Part shown: in pieces, positions 8,647 to 18,908 of the stretch | Position numbering within the stretch: the stretch's first letter is position 1 | Layout of the letters: each line of letters starts with the position of its first letter | Assembly: GCA_046269235.1 (NCBI GenBank) | Contig: JBJZOS010000004.1 | Span: forward strand, 24,048 to 88,047 | DNA length: 64,000 bases | Source of the DNA: Chryseobacterium sp. TY3 | GTDB lineage: Bacteria; Bacteroidota; Bacteroidia; Flavobacteriales; Weeksellaceae | Direction of reading: 5' to 3' | The notes under the pieces: generated by a model | The model's database searches: none | The model's input: only the letters and a program-made list of their open reading frames with translations | Told to the model about the DNA's origin: nothing | Translations under genes and position numbers: made by a program

Positions 8647-9855
8647 TTATTGTTTTTTAGATGAGTTAATTTTGTAGCTTGTGATTTTCCAGCCGTTAGA
8701 TGTAGACTTAAGTCCATAGGTTACATTAAGTGAGGTCACGTTACCATCTTTATCGGTTACATCGTAGTTGGCGTTGATGGTTGATGCATTGTCTTTTGTA
8801 ACTGGGGCAGAAACCGAGTTAACCTTTACACTTTTAACAGATCCAAAGCCAGAATTTGGATTTGAGAACTTGTCATAACTTCCCCAAGCTGGGTTGTCAG
8901 CATTGTCAAAAGCAGCTTTATAATTTTGAGCGTTAAGATTGCTCAAGAATTTTGAAACCGTTGATTTTGGATCGCCAGCTGGTTTGGTTGGCGTTGTAGA
9001 CGTGGCCGGTGTTGTTCCTGTTGATGGATTTTCAGTGGCATTTGTTGGATTCTCTGGGTTGTTTGGATCCAATAAAGTAGGATCTGTTGGTTCTGGAATA
9101 TCGGTAGAAGGCGCGGCTTGTAAAATTGCACGAGGATTAAATTCTATTCCAGATTTAATCATTTGATAGACTTTCTTAGCGGTTTTTACACTAATCTTAA
9201 CTTCTAATTTGTTGTCAACAATACTTGCCACAGGAAGAGAAGAAAATTTAATAGTAAAACCTTTGAAGTTATTGTCCTGCATCATGTTTTTTGCAGTTTG
9301 CAATTTGTTTCCGTTACTGAAAACTTCAAGCGTTGTTTCTAGACCTGCTCCTGTAAAATTTATTTTTTCACCCTTTTGATCAACTAATTGCGGAACAACA
9401 ACAACCGCTTTTGGACCAGTGATGCTGTCTGACATCGCAGGACGAACAACAATGTTAAGTTCGCTAGCTGTTACGTCGTTCGGGTCAACTTCCGAAGCTT
9501 TTTCATCACCAAAGATATTCATCGTTCCTAATGACGGTGGAGCAGTGCTAGACCAAGTAATATTATTTTTTTGAGCAACTTCGTCCGCCATTTTCAAAAT
9601 TTCAGGAACTTTTTTTCCGTTAAGAAGTTTTCCTAAAGCTTCAATTTCTGCAATATCGCCATCGGCCTCTACACCGAAAGTTTTAAGAATATATAAAGCT
9701 TCATTGAATTTTATCTGTTTAAGCGTTGGTAGCGATGATGTCATATCGTTGATACTTTCTTGGAAAGCCTTTCTGTTAGCACCATCTACACTTGTTTTTT
9801 TACAAGACATCACAAGGACTAAACTTGCAAATAAAAGGTAACGGAAGAATTTCAT
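8647..9855 (-). CDS. Hypothetical lipoprotein with a Pro/Thr-rich linker
   Basis: Lipoprotein signal (LVLVMSC), and a central low-complexity PEPTDPTLLDPNNPENPTNATENPSTGTTPATSTTPTKP linker. The C-terminal ~110 aa look like a small beta-rich domain. No catalytic motifs were seen. Confidence 0.45.
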   Translation of the reverse strand: MKFFRYLLFASLVLVMSCKKTSVDGANRKAFQESINDMTSSLPTLKQIKFNEALYILKTFGVEADGDIAEIEALGKLLNGKKVPEILKMADEVAQKNNITWSSTAPPSLGTMNIFGDEKASEVDPNDVTASELNIVVRPAMSDSITGPKAVVVVPQLVDQKGEKINFTGAGLETTLEVFSNGNKLQTAKNMMQDNNFKGFTIKFSSLPVASIVDNKLEVKISVKTAKKVYQMIKSGIEFNPRAILQAAPSTDIPEPTDPTLLDPNNPENPTNATENPSTGTTPATSTTPTKPAGDPKSTVSKFLSNLNAQNYKAAFDNADNPAWGSYDKFSNPNSGFGSVKSVKVNSVSAPVTKDNASTINANYDVTDKDGNVTSLNVTYGLKSTSNGWKITSYKINSSKKQ

Positions 9856-10013
9856 ATCTATGTTTTTTTGTTAGAAATCTAATATACAATAATTATTGTT
9901 AATCTTCTATATTGCAATGTTTTGCATGAAATAGAATGTTAGATGCTGCAAAATTACATCATTTCTTTTTGCGTTAAGCATATTAAAAAAACTATTTTTA
10001 CAAAAATTATAAA

Positions 10014-10430
10014 ATGATGTCCAATACTTTGAAAGTTGAAATACATAGTTTCTCATATAAAAAGGGAGGTATACCTAAAGATAAGTCTGGGAATGGTGGT
10101 GGATTTGTCTTTGATTGTCGTGGGATTCTTAATCCGGGGCGTATCGAAGAGTATAAAATCCAAACAGGTAATGACGTTGCTGTACAAGATTATCTGGAAG
10201 AGAAAACGCAAATGCCAGATTTCTTAAACGCTATTAAAACTATCGTTTCTATTAATATTGAAGATTATTTAGCACGAGGTTTCGAGAATTTGCAAATTAA
10301 TTTTGGTTGTACTGGTGGACAACATCGTTCGGTCTATTCAGCGATAAAAATTGCAGAATTTATTAAAGAAAAATATCCTGAGGTTATAGTTGTGATTAAT
10401 CATGATGAGCAACCACAACTTAATAATTAA
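10014..10430 (+). CDS. RapZ C-terminal-domain-like protein (stand-alone, no P-loop NTPase domain)
   Basis: 138 aa. FDCRGILNPGR and GCTGGQHRSV match the conserved motifs of the C-terminal domain of RNase adaptor RapZ (YvcJ). The N-terminal Walker-A domain is absent. Confidence 0.55.
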   Translation: MMSNTLKVEIHSFSYKKGGIPKDKSGNGGGFVFDCRGILNPGRIEEYKIQTGNDVAVQDYLEEKTQMPDFLNAIKTIVSINIEDYLARGFENLQINFGCTGGQHRSVYSAIKIAEFIKEKYPEVIVVINHDEQPQLNN

Positions 10431-10438
10431 TTGATTTG

Positions 10439-11152
10439 ATGAAAGCTCTAATTTTTGCGGCAGGAAAGGGGATACGCTTACAACCTTTCACCAATGCGCA
10501 TCCCAAAGCTTTAGCCGAAGTTAACGGAATCCCTTTGTTAGAACGTAATATCAAGTATTTACAATCTTATGGCATTCATGATTTTGTTATTAATATTCAT
10601 CATTTTGGAGAACAAATTATTGATTTCTTAAAACTTAGAAATAATTTTGGAGCCAATATTGAGATTTCTGACGAGCGAAAGGAACTCTTGGAAACCGGCG
10701 GTGGTTTAATTTTTGCAAAAGACTTTTTATCATCAGAAGAAGATTTCCTCATTATGAATGCGGATATTCTTACCGATCTTAATATTTCGGATTTTGTTAA
10801 ATCGCATCTCGAATCTCAGAATTTTGTTACTTTAGCGGTTTCGGATAGACTAAGTTCTCGGAAATTATTTTTCGACGACCAAATGATTTTGAAAGGTTGG
10901 AAGAATGTTGGGACTGGCGAAACGAGAATGGCAAGTACTAATTTTGGCTTTAAAGAATTGGCTTTTAGCGGAATTCATTGCATTAATTCAGCGATATTTA
11001 ATAAAATTAAAAGAACTGGTAAATTCTCCATCATGGAAGAATATCTCGATATGATGATGACAGAACAGATTGTAGGTTACCAGCATCACGCAAAGCTTAT
11101 TGATGTTGGAAGACCAGAATCAATTGAAGAAGCAGAAAAAATATTTTTATGA
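10439..11152 (+). CDS. Sugar-phosphate nucleotidyltransferase (NTP_transferase family)
   Basis: The N-terminal ALIFAAGKGIRLQPFTNAHPKAL matches the GxGxRLxPxT signature of glucose/mannose-1-phosphate nucleotidyltransferases. Confidence 0.65.
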   Translation: MKALIFAAGKGIRLQPFTNAHPKALAEVNGIPLLERNIKYLQSYGIHDFVINIHHFGEQIIDFLKLRNNFGANIEISDERKELLETGGGLIFAKDFLSSEEDFLIMNADILTDLNISDFVKSHLESQNFVTLAVSDRLSSRKLFFDDQMILKGWKNVGTGETRMASTNFGFKELAFSGIHCINSAIFNKIKRTGKFSIMEEYLDMMMTEQIVGYQHHAKLIDVGRPESIEEAEKIFL

Positions 11153-11865
11153 TTGACGATAATCAAGAATTAGATAAGAAGTTACACGACAGTTTTCGTA
11201 GAAAAACTTGGGACGAAACCATTACCAAAGACAGTTGGATGGTTTTTAAAGTTATGTCAGAATTCGTAGATGGTTACGAAAAAATGAGTAGGATAGGACC
11301 TTGTGTGTCTATTTTTGGATCTGCCCGTCTGAAGGAAGATGACTATTACTATAAAATGGCTAGCGAGATTGCTAAGAAAATCACCGAAATAGGATTTGGT
11401 GTCATAACGGGTGGCGGTCCTGGTATTATGGAAGCTGGTAACAGAGGCGCTTTTGGGTACGGAAGCTCGATTGGATTAAATATCGAGTTGCCTTTCGAAC
11501 AACATTTTAACCCGTACATCGACAAAGGTTACAATTTGGACTTTGATTATTTCTTTGTTCGAAAAGTTATGTTTGTAAAGTATTCTCAAGGCTTTATTGT
11601 AATGCCTGGCGGTTTCGGAACTTTGGATGAGTTGATGGAAGCATTAACTTTAATTCAGACCAAAAAAATTGGACGTTTTCCAATTGTTTTGGTAGGCTCC
11701 GATTTTTGGAGTGGACTTTTGGATTGGTTTACAAATACACTTCTTAAGAATAAGTTAATAAATGAAGAAGATCTATTACTGTTCCGAGTTGTAGATACAG
11801 CAGATGAAGCGGTTGCTCATATTAAAGCCTTCTATGATAAATATTCTGTAAACGTGAATTTCTAA
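11149..11865 (+). CDS. LOG-family protein (TIGR00730; cytokinin riboside 5'-monophosphate phosphoribohydrolase-like)
   Basis: GGGPGIMEAGNRGA and PGGFGTLDEL motifs. It overlaps the preceding gene by 4 nt (ATGA), implying one operon. Confidence 0.8.
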   Translation: MIDDNQELDKKLHDSFRRKTWDETITKDSWMVFKVMSEFVDGYEKMSRIGPCVSIFGSARLKEDDYYYKMASEIAKKITEIGFGVITGGGPGIMEAGNRGAFGYGSSIGLNIELPFEQHFNPYIDKGYNLDFDYFFVRKVMFVKYSQGFIVMPGGFGTLDELMEALTLIQTKKIGRFPIVLVGSDFWSGLLDWFTNTLLKNKLINEEDLLLFRVVDTADEAVAHIKAFYDKYSVNVNF

Positions 11866-11914
11866 ATACTGTCGCATGGCATGTTATTTGAGCTAATTAT
11901 AAAAATCAATTGTT

Positions 11915-12385
11915 ATGAAAAAGTATTTTAACATTTTTGGGGTTTTATTCTTGCTTATTGCAATGAGTTTTACTGGTTTGGAGATGTTTTCTTCGATGAC
12001 GAAGGTGGAGTTTGTGGAAGGTAGTAAAACCTTAAAGTTTACAACTAAAGTTAACACATCTCATATTTCTAAAGCAGTAGGTATTGACCCAGATACAGCA
12101 GGTTTTGATGCTGAGGTTAAAAAGTATGTTAATGCCAACGTTGCGGTAGCAGTTAATGGCACTAACAAGATTTTAACTTTTACAGGAAGTCAAGTCAATG
12201 GTGAGTCGGTTTTCGTCTATTATGAAGCAACAGGCATTAGCGATGTATCAAGTCTTAGAATTAAGAATTCGATTTTGACTAATGTTTATCCTAAGCAAGT
12301 TAATATTGTAAATGTTTCTTATAAAGGAAATCTAAAAACAGTTAATTTCCAAAAAGGAAAAGAAACTGCAGAAGTCAATTTTTAA
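11915..12385 (+). CDS. Hypothetical secreted protein
   Basis: 156 aa with an N-terminal signal/TM (IFGVLFLLIAMSF). No recognisable motif. A strong terminator lies downstream. Confidence 0.4.
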   Translation: MKKYFNIFGVLFLLIAMSFTGLEMFSSMTKVEFVEGSKTLKFTTKVNTSHISKAVGIDPDTAGFDAEVKKYVNANVAVAVNGTNKILTFTGSQVNGESVFVYYEATGISDVSSLRIKNSILTNVYPKQVNIVNVSYKGNLKTVNFQKGKETAEVNF

Positions 12386-12405
12386 GTAAATTGAATAGTA
12401 AAAAT

Positions 12406-12435
12406 AAAACCTCTCGATTTTTTCGGGAGGTTTTT
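12406..12435. terminator. Bidirectional terminator hairpin (cctctcg-attttttc-gggagg plus T run)
   Basis: Sits between convergent genes. T7 follows on the plus strand, and the A-run gives a T-run on the minus strand. Confidence 0.6.
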
Positions 12436-12439
12436 TTAT

Positions 12440-13180
12440 TTAGTGACACATTGTGTGATCGTTAGGATCGGCACCATGATTGTGATGTTTAATCTGTAAA
12501 GCTTCTTTTTTCGGTGATAAATAGGGAATCCCCAATTCTAAACCTCGAAGTATAAAAAGTCCACCGAGAAGCATCATAATAATTGGGACGATTTTTACAA
12601 TTTTAAGTCGCATATTTTGGTTAAGAAAATTGCCAATTAGTACAATAGCAAACATAAAAGGAAAAGTTCCCAATCCGAAAAAAAGCATATATAGAGCACT
12701 TTGCCAGATGCCACCAGCCGCGATGGAAGCTGTTAACGCCATATAGACCATGCCGCATGGCAGCAGGCCGTTAAGTAATCCTGTTGTAAAACGTGAGCTA
12801 AGATCTGCTTTGGTAAGGAGTTTTGACAGTTTTAATTTAACTTTTAGTAAAGCTTTATTAATGAAAGGGATTTTGGTCGCAAAATCTTTTCCTCCAAATG
12901 AAAATAGCGCCATTGAGATTAATAAAATCCCAACAACAATACTTAGCGTGGTTTGTAATCCTGCAACTTGAAAACTTTCGCCAACAATACCGATGATAGC
13001 ACCCAGTATAGCATAGGTGATAATTCGCCCAAAATTATAGGTGAAGTTCTGAAGATAGAAATTAATCTTCTGTTCGCGCGTTAATCCCATGGAAAAGGCA
13101 ATCGGACCACACATGCCAATGCAGTGAAAGCCCGACGCAAATCCTAGAAATAATGCTGAAAAAAGCAGGGCTATTTCCAT
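12440..13180 (-). CDS. TauE/SafE-family membrane protein (sulfite-exporter-like), last gene of the cbb3 accessory operon
   Basis: 246 aa polytopic protein with an FHCIGMCGPIAF motif. Proteins of this type commonly follow FixH in Flavobacteria cbb3 loci. Confidence 0.55.
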   Translation of the reverse strand: MEIALLFSALFLGFASGFHCIGMCGPIAFSMGLTREQKINFYLQNFTYNFGRIITYAILGAIIGIVGESFQVAGLQTTLSIVVGILLISMALFSFGGKDFATKIPFINKALLKVKLKLSKLLTKADLSSRFTTGLLNGLLPCGMVYMALTASIAAGGIWQSALYMLFFGLGTFPFMFAIVLIGNFLNQNMRLKIVKIVPIIMMLLGGLFILRGLELGIPYLSPKKEALQIKHHNHGADPNDHTMCH

Positions 13181-13626
13181 AATACATCATAATCAATCTG
13201 GTACAATTGATTATTTTCTTTCCATTTAGTTTTTAATGTATAAGAACCAGGAACCAACACTCTAGCAGGAATTAGCAGCGAGTTAGTGCCATCCAAAATT
13301 TCTACCTTTTTTAAATCCAAAGTCGAATCATCTGTACGGAATAGTACAAAGTCAATCTCCTTTTTGTCAACTTTTCTTTGTGTTGGAAAATGAAGTTTGA
13401 TGCCGTTTTTGTCTTGAGAATAGACTGGATGTACCTCGAGGTCCATCGCTCTTTTTTTAGCATCGATAACATCTTGATAGACCAATTCTTCTTCGTAATA
13501 GTTACTCGATATCATTTCTGCATTTTGTTTTCCCATTGGGAAGATGAGAATCAAGTATAAAATAAATGCAATAAAACTACCTAAAGCTATAACCACTCCA
13601 TGTCCCCATGATAATTTCTTGAACAT
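13171..13626 (-). CDS. ccoH: FixH/CcoH-family cbb3 oxidase assembly protein
   Basis: 151 aa with an N-terminal TM and a periplasmic beta domain. It lies directly downstream of ccoG with a 10-nt overlap with the next gene. Confidence 0.7.
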   Translation of the reverse strand: MFKKLSWGHGVVIALGSFIAFILYLILIFPMGKQNAEMISSNYYEEELVYQDVIDAKKRAMDLEVHPVYSQDKNGIKLHFPTQRKVDKKEIDFVLFRTDDSTLDLKKVEILDGTNSLLIPARVLVPGSYTLKTKWKENNQLYQIDYDVLWK

Positions 13627-13635
13627 ATTTAATTT

Positions 13636-15096
13636 TTAAAATTGAAACTTAAACGGCCCTTCAAAATTGGTCTGGAAAGAATCTAGAAGTTCTCCATTCA
13701 TATCATAAACGCCAATTGTAATATTTTCTTTCGAGTGTGTAATTTGCTTTTCTGGGAAGCTAACATTGATTGTCCCTTTTTGCATTGCATCTCTCTTAAG
13801 AACAACTTTGTTACCACCACTCATATTAACTTCACCATTCTTAGGATCTAGCACCTTAATAGTAACTGTCATCGTCTTGTTGGACTTATTAAGGAAGGTG
13901 TAATTGTAAGTGTTTGTAATTTGACCATCTCTAACAAAAAACGTTGATCCTGGAGGTTTTAGGAATTTAGCTTCCATAGTTCCTCGATTATTCAATAAAA
14001 AGCCTAAAAATACCATTAGTAAAACTAAAATTACAGTTGAAGCTTTCATTCTGTTGGTAAACTTGAAACTTTCCTTCTTCTCGATTTGGTTGATAGATGC
14101 GTAACGGATAAGACCTTTTGGCAAACCAACTTTTTCCATTACTTCGTCGCAAGCATCTATACATGCAGTACAGTTAATACATTCTAGTTGCTGACCATTA
14201 CGGATGTCGATACCTGTTGGGCACACAACAACGCATTGATGACAATCGATACAATCTCCTTTGCCTTCGGCTTTACGATCTTCGCCTTTTCTCCATTTAG
14301 ATCGGTTTTCTCCACGTTGATAGTCGTAGAATACATTAATGGTTTCTTTGTCGATAAGTACACCTTGTAGACGACCGTAAGGACATACTAGTGTACAAAC
14401 TTGTTCTCTAAACCATGCAAATACAAAGTAGAATGCCGCCGTGAACATGATCATTACCAAGAAGTTGGTTGGTCTTGCAAATGGACCTTCTTTCATGATT
14501 TTGAAAACTTCTTCATAACCAACGATATACATAAACATAAAGTGTGTTATGATAAGTGAGATCAAAAGGAAAATACTCCATTTAAGACCTTTTTTCCATA
14601 TTTTTTCTGAGTTCCAAGGTTGTTGATCTAGTCGGATTTGCTTGTTTCTATCACCTTCGATAGCGTATTCAATTTTTCTAAAAATCATTTCGAGAAAAAT
14701 AGTTTGGGGACAAATCCATCCACAAAATATTCTACCAAAAACAACGGTAAAAAGAATAATGAATACTAAAGATGCGATGGCTCCTAATGCAAGTATGAAA
14801 AAATCTTGTGGATAAAAAGGTTGCCCTATGATAAAGAATTGACGATCGATAATATTAATCATCAAAAATGGGTTGCCATTAATTTTAATAAAAGGAACAG
14901 CAAAAAATATTATTAAAAGGATAACGCTAACAATATTTCGATAGTTGGTGTATTTTCCTTTTGGTTTGCGCGGGAAGACCCATTTACGTTTACCAGTATT
15001 GTCCATTGTCCCGACAGAATCTCTAAATGTTTCTGCCTCTATTATTTGGCCTTGGCCTCCAATGTCAGTTTTGTTAGAGTTGCTCATATCATTCAT
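13636..15096 (-). CDS. ccoG: Cytochrome c oxidase accessory protein CcoG/FixG (polyferredoxin)
   Basis: 486 aa. Two 4Fe-4S motifs (CIDCHQCVVVCP, CINCTACIDAC), TM helices and a C-terminal beta domain (FixG_C). Confidence 0.9.
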   Translation of the reverse strand: MNDMSNSNKTDIGGQGQIIEAETFRDSVGTMDNTGKRKWVFPRKPKGKYTNYRNIVSVILLIIFFAVPFIKINGNPFLMINIIDRQFFIIGQPFYPQDFFILALGAIASLVFIILFTVVFGRIFCGWICPQTIFLEMIFRKIEYAIEGDRNKQIRLDQQPWNSEKIWKKGLKWSIFLLISLIITHFMFMYIVGYEEVFKIMKEGPFARPTNFLVMIMFTAAFYFVFAWFREQVCTLVCPYGRLQGVLIDKETINVFYDYQRGENRSKWRKGEDRKAEGKGDCIDCHQCVVVCPTGIDIRNGQQLECINCTACIDACDEVMEKVGLPKGLIRYASINQIEKKESFKFTNRMKASTVILVLLMVFLGFLLNNRGTMEAKFLKPPGSTFFVRDGQITNTYNYTFLNKSNKTMTVTIKVLDPKNGEVNMSGGNKVVLKRDAMQKGTINVSFPEKQITHSKENITIGVYDMNGELLDSFQTNFEGPFKFQF

Positions 15097-15217
15097 TTAT
15101 AAATGAAAAAAGAGATTGCCCTGAAAAAAAACGAAGTTTCTTTTCATATATCAGCTCATTTGACACAATTGAACCGATACATCTTGACAATCTCTTTTAG
15201 TATGTTATATTAAAAAT

Positions 15218-16096
15218 CTATTTCTCCCAATGCGCTTCAGTACCTTGAGGTGCTGCGCCGCCTTGTGCTGTTGTAATAGGTGCTTGTTCTTGGTTAATGT
15301 GATATACGTAAGCCGCTACTTTTTCGATATCTTTCCCAGTTAATACACCATTTTTACCCCAAGCTTGCATTGTTGGGTTATGTGGGCTACCATTGTACAC
15401 CACGTGGAAAATACTTTTGTATAAAGTTTTTTCCGGTTGGTTGATCCAGAAATTGTCAGTTAAGTTAGGACCAATACCACCTTTACCAGCATCCATATGA
15501 CAAGCTGTACAGTTTGTATTAAAGATCTGTTCTCCTTCTGCTACGTTATCTTCTGAGAATACTGCTGTCTCGATAGTTACTGGAGGTACACTTTTGTTGT
15601 ACTCGTCGATAGCAGCAATTTGCGCTTTATGCTCGTTTTCATACTCAACAGTAGGATTTGCAAAGTCTGTAAAGCTATATGACACAAGGTAAAGAATACA
15701 ATATGCAACACCGAAGTAGAAAAGACCTAACCACCACTTTGGAAGTTGATTGTCTAGCTCCATAATACCATCGAAACCGTGGTCAATAAGAATGTCTTCT
15801 TCTTCTTTAGCTGTTTGCTTTTTAGAAGCTGAGTTCCACAAATATTGGAAATAAGGAACTTTAGTTTCTGCTAAGTAAAGCTTTTTCTCTTCCTCTGTTA
15901 GCTTTTTGAATTTTTCATTTTCAATTAAGTCACCAATCGCTCCTTGGATAAATACAACGATTATACTTACCAATGCTGCAGCCCAGAAATACTTTGTTTT
16001 AAAGAAATCTGAAGATTGTGCAAACATGTAAAATACGACAAGCAATAATCCTAATACAATAAGAATATTGATATATAAGGGTGTTCTTCTTTTCAT
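15218..16096 (-). CDS. ccoP: cbb3-type cytochrome c oxidase subunit III (CcoP-like), membrane-anchored c-type cytochrome
   Basis: 292 aa with two N-terminal TM helices and a heme-binding CTACH motif. Its position follows ccoQ. Confidence 0.75.
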   Translation of the reverse strand: MKRRTPLYINILIVLGLLLVVFYMFAQSSDFFKTKYFWAAALVSIIVVFIQGAIGDLIENEKFKKLTEEEKKLYLAETKVPYFQYLWNSASKKQTAKEEEDILIDHGFDGIMELDNQLPKWWLGLFYFGVAYCILYLVSYSFTDFANPTVEYENEHKAQIAAIDEYNKSVPPVTIETAVFSEDNVAEGEQIFNTNCTACHMDAGKGGIGPNLTDNFWINQPEKTLYKSIFHVVYNGSPHNPTMQAWGKNGVLTGKDIEKVAAYVYHINQEQAPITTAQGGAAPQGTEAHWEK

Positions 16097-16111
16097 GATT
16101 TTAAAAATGTT

Positions 16112-16321
16112 TTAGTGCGAAGTTTTATTGTCATCATCATCCATATCTAGGTCATCATTAAGAGGCGCATTTTCTTCTTCCTCATAATATTTTTTAGGTC
16201 TGTTAAACACAAACAATGTTATACCTACGAAAACTATGATGAACAGGATTAGAGAAAGGGTATTCAGCAATCCTGCATACTCAACATTAGAAATAATATC
16301 TTTAAAACTTTGCGGAATCAT
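16112..16321 (-). CDS. ccoQ: CcoQ/FixQ-like small subunit of cbb3 oxidase
   Basis: 69 aa with a single TM and an acidic C-terminus, lying between ccoNO and ccoP. Confidence 0.65.
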   Translation of the reverse strand: MIPQSFKDIISNVEYAGLLNTLSLILFIIVFVGITLFVFNRPKKYYEEEENAPLNDDLDMDDDDNKTSH

Positions 16322-16333
16322 TCGTAATTATTA

Positions 16334-18604
16334 TTAGTTGCTCGCTGTTTTAACTTCAGTTGTCTTAATGTCTGTACCTAATCTTTGTAGGTAAGAAATA
16401 AGTGCTGTAATCTCTCTCTTCTCAAGTGGTACAAAGCTTGCGCCTTGTGCTTGTTGTTGCTTCGCAAATTGGTCTTTAACATCAGCTGCTTCAGAATAGA
16501 TATTCTTAACGATAGCTGCTGCTTGGTTGTTCATCCAAGAATCTGCTGAATCGATTTGTGCTTTAGTGTAAGGTACGTCCAAACTGTTTTTCATCAATTC
16601 TAATTTAGCTCTTGTTAATGATCTGTCTAGCGTGCTTGTAATTAACCAAGGGTAACGAGGCATGATAGATCCTGCAGATGTCGATCTTGGGTTATACATG
16701 TGCTTAAAGTGCCAAGAATCTGGTCTTACGCCTCCTTCTCTGTGTAAGTCTGGACCAGTTCTCTTAGATCCCCATAAAAATGGATAATCATATACAAATT
16801 CACCAGCTTTTGAGTACTGACCATTTTTACCATTGAATCTAACAACTTCATCACGGAAAGGTCTAATCATTTGAGAGTGACATGCATTACATCCTTCTCT
16901 AATATAGATATCTCTACCTTCTAATTCTAACGGGCTATAAGGCTTAACCGCCGAAATTGTAGGTACGTTATTCTTAACAAATATTGTCGGTAGAATTTCA
17001 ATTGCTCCACCAATTGCAACTGCGATAAATGCACCAACAGTTAAATATAGTGGTGTTCTTTCTAACCATAAGTGGAAAGATTCACCTTGTTTTCTTCCTT
17101 TAACCGTTTTTGCTAATGCAGGCGCCTCAGCAGGCACTTCTTTAAGGAATGAACCTTGTTTTGCCGTCTTAACTAAGTTAATAATCATCAAGATTGTACC
17201 GGCAATGTAGAATAAACCTCCAACAAATCTCATCTTATAGTAAGGAAGAATTGCTGTAACAGTATCTAACCAGTTTTTGTAAACTAAAGTACCATCTGGG
17301 TTAAATTGTTTCCACATCAAACCTTGTGTAAATCCTGAAATGTATAATGGCACAGCGTAGAAGATGATACCAAATGTACCTAACCAAAAATGCCAGTTAG
17401 CCATCTTCGTAGACCACAATTTTGTTCTCCACATTACTGGTACCAAGTAATAGATAACCCCGAATGCCATGAAACCATTCCATCCAAGAGCTCCTAAGTG
17501 TACGTGACCAATTACCCAGTCTGTAAAGTGCCCAACTTTATTTAAAGTTTTTGTTGCTAAAAGCGGACCTTCAAAAGTTGCCATACCATAACAAGTTACG
17601 GCTACAACGAAGAATTTAAGAATTGGATTCTCTCTTACTTTATCCCAAGCTCCTCTTAATGTCAATAGACCATTAAGCATACCACCCCAAGAGGGTGCGA
17701 TTAGCATGATTGAGAAACCAGTCCCTACGGCCTGTGCCCATGCTGGTAAAGATGTATATTGTAAATGGTGAGGGCCTGCCCAGATATATACAAAAATTAA
17801 TGACCAAAAGTGGATAATCGAAAGTTTGTATGAGAATACTGGTCTGTCAGCAGCTTTTGGTAAGAAGTAATACATCAAACCTAATACAGGCGTTGTTAAT
17901 ACGAAAGCCACAGCGTTGTGACCATACCACCATTGTACCAATGCATCTTTAACACCAGAATAGATAGAATAAGACTTCCACATTGTTAAAGGAACCTCAA
18001 GGTTGTTAAAGATGTGCAACATTGCAATGGCAACCCATGTGCCCAAGTAGAACCAAATAGCAACATACAAGTGTCTAACTCTTCTCTTGGCGATTGTCCC
18101 GAACATGTTAATACCGAAAATCACCCAGATTACCGTAATTAAAATGTCAATAGGCCATTCGTGCTCGGCATATTCTTTCGAAGTGTTAATACCCATAAGG
18201 AATGTGATGACTACAGAGACGATCATAATCTGCCATCCCCAGAAGTGGATCCATGACAACGTGTCGCTCCACATTCTTGTTTTTAGAAGTCGTTGCATCG
18301 AGTAATATGCCCCAGCAAAGAAGCTGTTACATACGAACGCGAAAATCACAGCACTAGTGTGCAACATTCTGATTCTTCCGAACCCAAATGCCCCATGTGA
18401 GTTGATTAATCCCTGCATATCCCCACTCTTGAGACTGGCAATTGTCAGGTCGTCCGTTCCTAAAAAATATTCAGGAAGTTCCGGATAAAAAAGCATTAGT
18501 GCCGCAGTAAGCCCAAGTAAGAATCCAACCAAGCCAAAAACTACAGTTGCAATCAAAAAAGCTTTTACGATACTATTGTCATAACTAAACTTTTGTGTTT
18601 CCAT
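16334..18604 (-). CDS. ccoNO: cbb3-type cytochrome c oxidase, fused subunits I and II (CcoN-CcoO)
   Basis: 756 aa. The N-terminal ~480 aa is a heme-copper oxidase subunit I with 12 TM helices and conserved His ligands. The C-terminal part is a monoheme CcoO (CNACHSQ). The N/O fusion is typical of Bacteroidetes. Confidence 0.92.
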   Translation of the reverse strand: METQKFSYDNSIVKAFLIATVVFGLVGFLLGLTAALMLFYPELPEYFLGTDDLTIASLKSGDMQGLINSHGAFGFGRIRMLHTSAVIFAFVCNSFFAGAYYSMQRLLKTRMWSDTLSWIHFWGWQIMIVSVVITFLMGINTSKEYAEHEWPIDILITVIWVIFGINMFGTIAKRRVRHLYVAIWFYLGTWVAIAMLHIFNNLEVPLTMWKSYSIYSGVKDALVQWWYGHNAVAFVLTTPVLGLMYYFLPKAADRPVFSYKLSIIHFWSLIFVYIWAGPHHLQYTSLPAWAQAVGTGFSIMLIAPSWGGMLNGLLTLRGAWDKVRENPILKFFVVAVTCYGMATFEGPLLATKTLNKVGHFTDWVIGHVHLGALGWNGFMAFGVIYYLVPVMWRTKLWSTKMANWHFWLGTFGIIFYAVPLYISGFTQGLMWKQFNPDGTLVYKNWLDTVTAILPYYKMRFVGGLFYIAGTILMIINLVKTAKQGSFLKEVPAEAPALAKTVKGRKQGESFHLWLERTPLYLTVGAFIAVAIGGAIEILPTIFVKNNVPTISAVKPYSPLELEGRDIYIREGCNACHSQMIRPFRDEVVRFNGKNGQYSKAGEFVYDYPFLWGSKRTGPDLHREGGVRPDSWHFKHMYNPRSTSAGSIMPRYPWLITSTLDRSLTRAKLELMKNSLDVPYTKAQIDSADSWMNNQAAAIVKNIYSEAADVKDQFAKQQQAQGASFVPLEKREITALISYLQRLGTDIKTTEVKTASN

Positions 18605-18606
18605 AT

Positions 18607-18798
18607 CTACAAATCACTATTATCTTTTTCTTTTTTATTGTCAGTTTTCTCTTCCCTTATTTCATCATCCATTAGGATACGTACAGCCGGACTTTCATCG
18701 TCCTCGAAGTGCCCTTTTTTAGCTCCAATAATAAAAATTATTAAGAAAACCACAGCTAAAGACACGCTGCATATGATCATTAAATAGAGAATCTCCAT
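18607..18798 (-). CDS. ccoS: CcoS/FixS cbb3 oxidase maturation protein
   Basis: 63 aa, single TM, located between the Cu-ATPase gene and ccoNO. Confidence 0.7.
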   Translation of the reverse strand: MEILYLMIICSVSLAVVFLIIFIIGAKKGHFEDDESPAVRILMDDEIREEKTDNKKEKDNSDL

Positions 18799-18908
18799 AA
18801 CTGAGACAAATTTACGCTAATTAAAGTTCCCAAATTTAGTTAAAATTAATGACTTTAGTCAGAATGAATTTAAATTAATTAATTTATAATTTATCTAAAT
18901 AGTTTATT

